63,378 nt of DNA, from the NCBI GenBank assembly GCA_025786725.1, contig JAHLTZ010000068.1:1-63378 (forward strand), read 5' to 3'. The translations under genes and the position numbers were made by a program. Each line of letters begins with the position of its first letter. Within the stretch, counting starts at the first letter, position 1. The DNA comes from Syncephalis fuscata S228 (taxonomy: Eukaryota > Fungi > Zoopagomycota). This document shows positions 53,205 through 63,378 of the stretch, one piece after another. Under the pieces are notes generated by a model. That model searched no databases. It saw only the letters and a list, made by a program, of their open reading frames with translations, and was not told where the DNA came from.

Positions 53205-53995
53205 ACATATCACATGATTAATATATAATTGGTTAATATACAACGCCACTTACAACCTATTAACACGAGTTATTAGACACACACAGTGCGTGTCATACAA
53301 TTAATATATATTTGGTTAATTAAAATTTTACTTACAGCCTATTATATAGGTCATTAGATGCACACAATGCATAGTATATGGTTAGTATATACCTAGCTAA
53401 TATACAATACCACTTATGACCTATTAATACAAGTTATTAAACACACAATGTATATGGTATACACTCAATATACAAATATTTAATATTCAATGCCACTTAC
53501 GACCTATTCATATGAGTTATTAGACACGCGATGTGTGTCATATGATTAACATATAGTTAGTTAAATTAATAAAAATCACTTACAAACTATTATATAGATT
53601 ATTAGGCACACACGATGTGCGGTATATGATTAGTATGTGGTTAGCTAATATGCAATGCCACTTACGAGCTATTATATAGGTCATTAGACACACACAATGC
53701 GCGGTATATGATTAGTATCTAGTTAACTACTATCCAATGTCACTTACGTCCTATCAACACAAGTTATCAAACACACAACATATATAATATATGCTTAGTA
53801 TATAGTTAGTTGATATACAATATTACTTACGACCTATTAATATGAGTTATTAGGCACACGGTGCGTGTCATATGATTAATATATAGTTGGTTGATTAAAA
53901 AATTACTTACAAGCTATTATATAGGTCATTAGACACAAGCGATGCGAGGCATATGATTAGTATATAGTTGGCTGATATAAAATGCCACTTACTAG
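53205..53995. repeat. Tandem array of ~80-83 bp units; on the minus strand each unit is one intron plus a 3-nt exon
   Basis: ACTTAC-NNN-CTA recurs with the NNN at 53254, 53336, 53418 (ACTTAT), 53501, 53584, 53666, 53748, 53831, 53911 and 53993. Confidence 0.95.
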
Positions 53996-54468
53996 CTAGC
54001 AAAGCCAATTTAGCAGCATAAACATTGTTTAGTTAACTAAAAACTAGTTAATGTTATTGCAATATACCTCCTATTAATATAGATTTGGTATATTAGCATT
54101 CTGAATGTGGCTTTTATTTATTGTTTTATGTTAAACGTACTCTTAGCTAATAATTCTATATTTATTTATTTTAATTAATGAGCAATGGTTAGCCAAAACA
54201 TCAATAATCATGTATGCTCAAAACTTACGGGCTATTTACGTGTGTTATAGCATTTATTATGTGTATAACAACATATAGTGAGTACCAAAACAATCATCCA
54301 TCATCACAACTTACCACCTAGTACCATTGTTAGTTAAACATAACACTTGAATATTTATTGTGATTGCAACATACCACGACGGGCTAGAGTTGGATTAGCA
54401 TCTACCATGGCTGTAGTGGCCACAAAAGCCATGATAATGGTGCAAACGACGGCAATAAAAAGCTTCAT
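53254..54468 (-). CDS. Micro-exon gene encoding a secreted, dibasic-site, Cys/Arg-rich peptide precursor (last exon not defined)
   Basis: Exon 1 54468-54375 encodes MKLFIAVVCTIIMAFVATTAMVDANPTLARR+G and is followed by GTATGT. Then AG|exon|GT micro-exons: GTG 54315-17, CCC 54229-31, 15 nt 54141-55 (or 6 nt 54141-46), GAG 54068-70, CTA 53993-95, CTT 53911-13, GTC 53831-33, GAC 53748-50, CTC 53666-68, TTT 53584-86, GTC 53501-03, GTC 53418-20 (donor ATAAGT), GCT 53336-38, GTT 53254-56. The joined reading frame has no stop: GAQLLAKRATCRPLCRRC. Confidence 0.75.
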
Positions 54469-56274
54469 GTTGATATTAAATTGTTAAGGCAAACAAATAG
54501 AATGAACAAAGTTTGGTAGCAGTGAGTATTCGGTAGAAAATGGCGTGTGATGATGACAACACTTGTTAGTTTTGCGTACACTGTGGCCTATTTAAGTCCA
54601 TGGTTATGCTAATATACCAATATACTGCGTTGCATGGACTATACCATTAAAATGCAATATAAATCAATAAGAACACGTCCATACGGTGGTTGAAGCACGT
54701 GCATACCAGCACACTGATGGTATGATAATTTGTAGTCAGGTCTTTATTCTAACCTGCTCAGCGTTGGCACGAATGATGTAGCAATATCATCATCTAATAA
54801 ATGTATGATAGAGGTTTGCGTAAAAACTAGTACTGTGCTATTATGCAATTCGACCATGTGACGCTAATTAAATCTATTGGTTCTAAAAAAACAGGGATGA
54901 TGTATCGTTGTGTCTTTGCTGTTGCTTTCAACGACAGCTTCAATCTTCAGTATTTTTATGTATTTAAAACAAACGTAAAGCATCAATACAGTAGCAACGC
55001 TATTGCATTAGGCCTTTGGTTCTTTACAGACATTTACTGTTGTGCATAAACTGATTATATTCTCTGAGCTATGAAAGTATATTGATTGGTTTGCATATGC
55101 GTTTAGCATTGTGGCTTGCCTACAGAAATGAATGGTTTATTTTTAGCAAAACATTATCAAATGCTAATGTAAGTTCTACTATTGATCAGGGTTTGTTTTT
55201 ATTTCTTACTGCCTGTTAATCATATACATGTTTGATAATAAATCATTACCTTCTATCACCAGTACCGTTTATTTCTCAGCACCAAAGCAACGTAAACTGA
55301 CCAAATGACATGTAGCTCTACATAAAGACATTGGGCTATGTCTATCAGGCTGCCTCAATCAGATACAATCAATGCTGAGTGTACAGCAGCAGTTCATGGT
55401 ATGTCAATCAGTACTCTCCTGTTGTGTAGATGATTCATACAGTAATGACTTGATTAAAATAACAGGTTTGCAATCTGAAGTCTGCGTTATGTGTTACACA
55501 CCCAGGTCATGTTTTTACAGCCCCAATTTAATAAAAATAATAATTGAGCAGATTATAGCTATTTCAGCAATACTATTACTAGTCGTACCACTTTCCAGTC
55601 ACTTTTCTGCTATAGCTATGTATATTAAATATTATTTGCTGAGTAACATGGAAATAAGCAATATTCAATAAAATTCAGTTGTTTATTCACCGTCATATTG
55701 TATACAACCATATTTACGATTAAAAACTTATAAAAAGTATTTATAATAAATAGCTGATCATTATACTTACTGCTTGTTATTGGTACAGCATGTATGCCTA
55801 TTGCTTTGTATGTGTCTGCTTATAATTGTCTATTTGCTATTACAATGTATCTCATATATATTACTTGCTAATGTAACTTTAGTAGAATAACTTTTATCAA
55901 CAAACATTAGCCCGATACACAGCATTATAATATATAGTCTATTCTTTACTTGCTTTAAATATTTTGAATAAACCGAGTATTTTTATCCATTATTTATTTT
56001 AAACAATCAAAGTTATAGCTATTATCAACTAATTCGCCCCTAATTAGCCATCAGTAATCAAAGTGCTAAATACTTTTAATAAACCAAAAGTTTACACATA
56101 CCTCTAATATTTGTTCTACCGATATAGCTCAATGTTAAGTGCAATGACCAAGCTTTATAGTAATAGAGCTGGAACCAAACAGACAACAGCACTAGATATC
56201 ACATAGCCAATATGTAATAAAATAGTATACATTATAATGAGTATGCAATATTAAACGAGATTAGCAATGTTAAG

Positions 56275-56710
56275 TTATTGAGTATATATGCATGATCAAT
56301 GAATGAATTAGTCATTTACTAATAATAAAACTAGAACAAAAATAAAAATAGTTTTGAATAGAGGAAGGTTAGGCAATTATAAAATGATATATAAAATGAT
56401 AAATGTACGGTGAAAAAGCATATAAAATGAAGTTAAAGCTATAGAGCATACAACGCAATAAATGGGCTGAGTGAAATGTGTTGGTGTGTATAATAAATAA
56501 AGTGTGTCTAGCCTATCATAGAATGGTATATGATGACATGAAATAGTATAAAGATGATATAGCTAAATAGAGTATATATGCATACTGAATAATAAATCTA
56601 CAACAATGGGTATTTTGATTATTAATGTCGCTCACTGCCTAGTTCTATGCTCAATAGAAATGATGTTGCCAAATCTAGTCGTTTGACCCCTAATAGCACT
56701 GAATAGTTAA
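56275..56710. repeat. Degenerate half copy of the inverted-repeat element
   Basis: Colinear with 31720-32115 (GAGTATATATGCATGATCAATGAATGAATTAGTC...AATAATAAATCTACAACAATGGG...TAGTCGTTTGACCCC). Confidence 0.7.
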
Positions 56711-57010
56711 TAAAATGTTTTTTTTGCTATACTATAATATAAACACGCATTGTTACTTACTTTTTACAGTTTATCTATTCGCTATAGCTATAGCGTCCCA
56801 ATCAATGTGAACATTACTATAAAGCACCACTTGAACGCGTGGAGCTGCAATGGCCGCATGATTGGTGTGATTTAAGCACATGATTGCACAGCGTGACGCG
56901 GTATCAAAACGACAAATGCACAGCCCGCAGATACATACGCAAGCATCTTTACTTCTTTACTTATTTCTTCTATTCTACTGTAGCTATACCACCAATATTG
57001 TTTGTAAACC

Positions 57011-58292
57011 ATGCGCCATAATTGGGTTCTACCTTCAATATGGGCAATTATCAATGCCAGTAACTATCTGGCTGTTGGTATAATGCCAACTTATTCACCA
57101 AACCATTGTCGTCTTTCGTTGACGTCTTCGTTGTGGCTTTCGGCAGAGTATGAGTCGCACTTTGAAATGAGCTCAACCAACGATTTCCTTCCATTTGCTG
57201 TATATAATCAAGAGCCAGAAGTTGGAGAGGAAGAGGCACTTGGTGTGCCAGGATTAGTATTTGATAGTGAACGTACTGGCGGTGGTGCCATGAGCGACTA
57301 CACGGCATATGTATCCTACAAAGACCAGCCAGGATTTATGAAATGCAGCTACCGAACCTTCTGCTACACTCGTGAAGTTCGTGCGCTAAAGGTAAATAGA
57401 TAACATTATATTGCTGCTTACGACTTATTATTGCTATTATTATAAATCAATTTAGAAAGTTAATAAATTAAATCCCCAGCTGCCTGTAATACCTGAATGG
57501 CCAGGCTATTCCGACCCAATGCCATTCAGTAGCTATGTCCCCAGTCTGCTGACCTATTTTCGCACTGGAGATGGGTTCGGATGTATTGTAATGTCATTGG
57601 CCAATGGTATTACACTTAAAGAATACACTAAAAGTCTTAGTTCGCTTCAAAAGGATGTAGAACTACGCGACGTAGTACGGCAATTGCTTATTAGTAAGTA
57701 TCTAGTATAGTTGGTTGATACAATGTCTAACCGATAACTATAGGTCTTGCCTATTTACATCGCTCCGAGTGGGTGCATGGTGATCTTAAGCCAGACAGTA
57801 AGTAGGCTGTGCAGATAAGAATTAAACTAATCTTGTACAATAGATGTTATGGTCCAAGTAACGCCACCAAGAACCGATGGCAAATCACGTGTTCAAGTAA
57901 CACTGATCGACTTTAATCTCGCATTTCCAACCATCAACGGTACTAGTCCTCCAGCAGGTCACACCGTCGGCTATACACCACCAGAGTTTTATGGATCAAA
58001 ACAAACCGTCTCACACTCATTTGATAGTTGGTCATTAGGTGCAACGCTTTATGCGTTATTTACAGGCCATGCTCCGTATGAGATTGATTATGACGAAAAA
58101 GGAACCACTGGTGTATGGTCATTGGAAAAGCGGAAAGAATTTATGCGCAGCATGCTTAAGCATCAGCAGCATAGCTATCAACAGCTAAACTGCAGCGAAG
58201 AAGCTCGTGAATTTATTGAAACTCTAATGGTAATTGACCCAGCAAAACGAGTTACAGTTGAAGAGATTATGTGGCATAAGTGGCTTAAATAA
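57011..58292 (+). CDS. Divergent Ser/Thr protein kinase, 4 exons
   Basis: Introns at ~57392-57455, 57694-57743 and 57798-57843. Motifs FMKC, REVRALK, LAYLHRSEWVHGDLKPDN, LIDFNLA, GHTVGYTPPE, DSWSLGATLY and DPAKRVT. Start at 57011 or 57083. Confidence 0.88.
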
Positions 58293-58559
58293 CTCATGAA
58301 CCAATGAAGCTTTAATGGTAGCAGGTGATATTCTATACAAATAATAAATTAGAAAGGCGTGTCATTTTATCCAATGCTTATTATTATGCTAGTATATTTG
58401 GACACAACGGCAAAATTGCATTACTATTTACAAATATCTGATAGCATAAAGTGAAGGCGGTGTTAAGTGGATTGATTGAATAAAAATGTAATAAAAATTA
58501 AACAAATTAAAAAATTAACAAAAAGCTGTATTATATATAGCCTAATAAATAAAATGAAT

Positions 58560-58850
58560 AAAGTGTGTTTATTATATCGCATAATGATACATATTAGCGT
58601 GGGACAGAATGGGAATAATGTAAGTAAATGAATGTGTAGGTCAATTACGCGAATGCTATTAAATTTAAGCATTTAATTTTAAATCGTATTAAATGGTTTA
58701 GTAATTTGTTTAATATTAACATAATAATAACAACAGATATTACTATTGAAATAGATGGTGTGGCTATAGATGCATCGAATGTAGCTAGTTGTAGTTTATT
58801 GCTATTTGCAAAAGAATACATTTATTAAATTAATAAATGAAATAAAGTAT
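58560..58850. repeat. Fragment of the inverted-repeat family plus outer flank
   Basis: GTGGGACAGAATGGGAATAATG matches ~49872. CAATTACGCGAATGCTATTAAATTTAAGCATTT matches ~50110. The distal part matches 32100-32290. Confidence 0.6.
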
Positions 58851-59173
58851 ATGTAACAAGCTGAATAGCAACAGCTCCCTTGTCACGATAAATCAAGTGT
58901 TGGGATTATGACAGTATTAGTTACACCGCCTTCATTGCACTTTTATAAATAGCATTAGTGTGTAGCCGATGATCGCTTAACTATTTTTTGAAATAAAAAT
59001 CACACATTTAATATTTTAACACGATACGTTTACTAATAAGTATCACGACTATAAAATAGCTTAACAATACACGCTTTATAATGAAATATTATCTTTATTC
59101 ACAATCCCGTGTTTACGAATGTTACAGTATATATAATAATATTGTAACGCGAATCAAGCAACTAACTAACGTA

Positions 59174-60419
59174 TTACATTGACTTATTTCTATCATATAC
59201 AAGTCGTAGACGATCGTCTTTTGGCAGTGTATCATCAAATGATGTGGATTGATTTATCGCATCGACAAACGGACAAACAGCAACCTTGACTGTTGCTTCA
59301 AACAGGCCCCGTACTAGGTCGCGTAGGCGGTGGCCTGTTTGTGCAAAATCAGGGAATGCATTGGCTTCAAGCAGCCATACATTGTGAGATTCATCGATAA
59401 GAAAATCAAATCCATAGAGTTCAAATGCATTTGGCATTGGCTGGAAGCCAATAGCATCCGATGATACTGCAGCAAAACATTCACCCAATACTGACGCACA
59501 CTGGTTGAATATCTGCTCTAATGTTGTAGCTTCAAGACCATGGTTTGTTAGATCCCAAAAAGCGCGTACAGCTTGCGCTTCATCAAATGCCTCATTGTGC
59601 TGCTGAAGGCATGTATTTGTAAGATGTCCTTGCAGCGATTCTATACTAGTAATATCATAGTCAGTGCCGGCAAAAGTGCCAGCATTTCGCGATATAAATA
59701 GACTTGCGTTCGTCCTACAGATAGTACATAAGCACGTAGATGGAATTTCCGTGAATCATTTGGTAAAAGCAACGGTTGCGCAATATATCGTTGAATGACC
59801 CATTCTCTCAAGAGCCATGCACTGCCCTGCTCGCTATCCGCATCTTCGTTGGCATCTTCTGCTTCGCTATCGCTTTCTCCAAAAAGCTCCTCTATCATTG
59901 TTTCCATGCCTGATAACGAATCTAGTAAATAGATGCCTACACCGCGTCCAGTCATTGAAGGCTTCATGATAAAGCGTTCAAGCTGTTTGGGATCATTACA
60001 TGACAGATTATTACGAAATCCACGCTCAACTTCCCAACACTCATTTAGTGCTTCATCAAGATAGTCAGGATGATCCAGACGGAATATCCACGTCTCTGGC
60101 ACATGCTGTTTTAGCAAGCTTTGGGGTCGCTTTGCGCAGTAATGCTGAAAGGCATTGGCCATTTGAATTTTACGAATTAAAGCTTTTCGTATGCAGTAGG
60201 AATTAATTAAGCTGCGTTCAGGATGCTTACTGGCTATATCCCAGTCAATCGATTCGTATTCGCGCCACTGTAAAACGGGTACAGTATTGCTACAAACGTA
60301 AGCATCTTTATTACGAGGTGGCCACTCCGAAACAATAGTCAATGCGGACATAATAGCGCTAATGTTTCTCGTACTAGTATATCCACATACGGATCATCAA
60401 GACGGACTACAGCCACCAT
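59174..60419 (-). CDS. Tubulin-tyrosine-ligase family (Pby1-like TTL domain) protein with two apparent 1-nt deletions
   Basis: LQWREYESIDW, NSYCIRKALIRK, FIMKPSMTGRGVGI, WVIQRYIAQPLLL, RKFHLRAYVL, HLTNTC and FELYGFDFLIDESHNVWLLEANAFPDF. Frames shift in T runs near 60342 and 59674. Confidence 0.88.
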
Positions 60420-62034
60420 AGACGAGTGAATATCGATACAGCTGTGGTGGCCATGATAAAAAACAACTTCTACGAAGCTTACGAGAAATAAAAAGTAAAG
60501 AATATGCTGAAAAAAAATGTGTAATGTAACAAATTTTCCTTCCACGCAATTTATTATTTCCTTATTTAGTAGTAATGTCGTGTATAACTAATAAAATAAA
60601 GTGAAGAAAATTCCGAGTTTTTTAAAAAAATAAAAAGTGAAGGCCAATATTTTATTATAAGATATAACAATGTTACTACTCCACATACTCAATAAATTGT
60701 TAGTAAAGCTTAAGTATATTGATTACTAAACATGGTAGTTCAAATCAATTGCTAATATTATCACATGATTTACACCACATTATTAACACCCATGATCAAC
60801 ACGCGACTAAACACCCGGTCCTACCGACTTCTAACAACAGCGTCAATCAATTACTACTCTTATCAACCATTCGAATCCTTTGTAAAAAACTTTCTAATTG
60901 TTATCAACCATTAAGAAAGCAACGAACAAACAATAAATTCAAGTCTTTCTTAGCTATTGCTAAAGGTCATTTGTTGTAAAATATCGCTACTATTTTGCTA
61001 TCTCAATTTTAAATTCACTTCATTGCTAAGTTTTGGACCTTTTCGTGCCATCCCAACCTATTAGTAATATTTAGGCTGGACTGGCACGTTTATTAGCTAG
61101 TTTTACACTAGCTATTCTATACTTTATTATATTTTTAATAAGGAATTAATCATCTTTTATTAAGGACCTAAGGTAAGCATTTATAATACTAACAATCTTG
61201 TTTCATAGGTTATTAAGATGAGTGTAGTATTAGTTATCAATTTATTACTTTCCTTTCAATAAAATAGCAACAATAAAAAACAGCAACATTCTTTTTGAAT
61301 TTAACATAGCATAGATATCTAAATTAAAAATTTAAAAAATGTCTACTTGTTACGAAGATAATTACGCGTTTTTTATTATACAAATACTTTATCGTAATTA
61401 TATTAATTTAATATCCGCAAATTTGTATTTGTTACGCAATTCTATTAAATAACAGCGATATTATTGATCTAAGATGGTTTAGAAAGTGTAATTATTTAGT
61501 ATCTCCATCCTATATGGACTTGACAATAGCAAAGCTATTGTATACTTTGTTATGTCAAGTATTTCTCTATTTAAATATTAAATAAATATTACGCTTGTAT
61601 TACAATACAACATAGTATATGTACATATAACATAAATACATGCCAGCCGTGCAACTAACAGACTATATTATGCAATCACCATACTCATACCATTTACTCT
61701 ATCTGCCATAGTAATACTGTTTTGCCTTTAATTACATTGCTACAAGACAATGGTAATATTATTTATGTGTTATTAAAATTAAAATTATAAAATTATTTTA
61801 CTTGATCCGTAGCTATTGCTATAAAAGCACTGATTATACATTAAATTTATTTTAAAATATAACAATTGAAAATGCATGCATTTCGGTATTTTAACGTAAG
61901 CCTTTTAGCTATTTATGTTATAGTTTAGTGTATTGTCGAATAAAAACAAACATCAAATGACTAATAAAGCACTAATATATAATCCACACAATCAATTAGC
62001 TAGTACATTTTGTTCTTGACATTATCATAGCACT

Positions 62035-62618
62035 TTATAGCACACTGGGACGCTCCCAGCCACAGTATGGACAAAATCGCCAGCTAGAAGATCCAATGGC
62101 AGTACTGCAAGCACCACAGTGATCCATAGAGTTTTCGCCTGCTACTATATTTGGATCTCTATAAGCTTGTTCCGCTGCGGCCAACGTTGCTTTCTCGTCA
62201 CGATCCGGTAGATATGCAGGCGGCTTTTCTTGCTTTCTAACAGATGGAAATATTTGACGCTGTCTCTGAGGATGTGCCCCTGGTTGATCCACGTATCCAC
62301 AACGATGACATACCCACACTGCATGGCCTCGATATACCTAAGTATATAATCAAATTGCAAAATCAATTCGTATAAGTGCACTATTTTCGCTACTATATAA
62401 TTGCTTACAGGGAATAGAGGGACAAAGAACAACGAAAGCCGCTGATCGACTCGAGTTTGCATTAGTGCACATGCACCACATTGAGGACAGGTACGGGCCG
62501 TCTTCTGTAGCCATTTACGTTTGGGCGAAAGCCCGACTGATAAGCATATTATTAGTAATAGTAGTGGTATATATCATTTAATTAATAACTTACTGATAAT
62601 TAGAAAGAACTCGAACAT
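62035..62618 (-). CDS. Small zinc-ribbon protein (zinc_ribbon_15-like), 3 exons
   Basis: Spliced product MFEFFLII/IGLSPKRK...CPQCG...RLSLFFVPLFP/VYRGHAVWVCHRCG...CGACS...WRFCPYCG. Confidence 0.8.
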
Positions 62619-63378
62619 ATAAAAGCAACCAAGTTAACAGTAGAATAAAATGTAGAACATCACACAATTGCCGTGTTTTTTCTTCAAATAAACCAGACTG
62701 TTTCACTATGGTCTTAGTCTTTGACTTGCTATCTTTTTTGCAGCCAAGGTAGCTTTGCTAATAACTGTGTGATCTAATATCTTAGAAGGCTTGTCTAAAT
62801 ATAATTGATAATATTCATGTGTATAGCTACGTCACTATATTACAACATATAACCAATAGCCAATGACTTGTATTATAACAAATTAAAGATTATTTATTTA
62901 AATCCTGTTGGATGTTCAATCTGTCTCAATCGACTATCGACTGCTTGTACAAGCTGTAAAGAAATTGGTATAGTCATTAATATGCCGTTAATGAACAATT
63001 GCCATTAATTTAATACCTAATAAATTATACACATTACTACTCTATTCATACTGTTTGAATCTACACTAATCTATACAAACAATGAATTGTACTTTTATAT
63101 ACGTTTAACATGACAAGTATAGCCATTTATCCATTCACTAGCCAACAATAACAATTAAGCAGTTGAGCAGTATTAACCAGTTAATTGTCACGTTTTAATT
63201 AAATAACCTTATTTCTGTTTTATTTTTATAGCATGTTTTAGTCCATATATATGTATTGTTTCATTTGAACACACATTATGCAAACTATAATTGATTAATG
63301 AGCATGCTTTATTTTAATAGATTAAATCAAAAGTCTATGACTGGTGGTAAACTGGCACATAAGTAATTACGAATTTCT

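Noticed and set aside
53205-53995. CRISPR-like repeat/spacer array
   Set aside because: The context is eukaryotic, whole units are homologous with no unique spacers, there are no cas genes, and the conserved motifs are splice signals.

Overview
AT-rich, intron-rich eukaryotic DNA from a fungus. Very short GT-AG introns with CTAAY branch points and the gene set suggest an early-diverging lineage such as a Zoopagomycota-type parasite (inference). Recognisable genes: a CAMK-type kinase (3' end outside the window), an HxxxD acyltransferase divergent from a cytochrome P450, a DH-PH RhoGEF, an APSES (StuA/Sok2-type) transcription factor, a PPR protein, a secreted I9 protease inhibitor, POL32/Cdc27, G6PD, a decayed CorA/ALR Mg transporter, a divergent kinase, a TTL-family ligase and a zinc-ribbon protein. 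An inverted-repeat (MITE/foldback-like) family is dispersed through the window, and a 10-bp-period satellite lies between two of its arms. Main discovery: the apparent ~82-bp minisatellite at 53.2-54.0 kb is, on the minus strand, a tandem array of spliceosomal introns separated by 3-nt micro-exons. They belong to a hidden gene (ATG at 54468) with a signal peptide and 14 in-phase micro-exons, which splice to a dibasic-site, Cys/Arg-rich peptide precursor (MKLFIAVVCTIIMAFVATTAMVDANPTLARRGAQLLAKRATCRPLCRRC...). A decayed paralog with different micro-exons sits at 44.35 kb. None of this appears in the ORF track, and splicing is inferred from sequence signals only.
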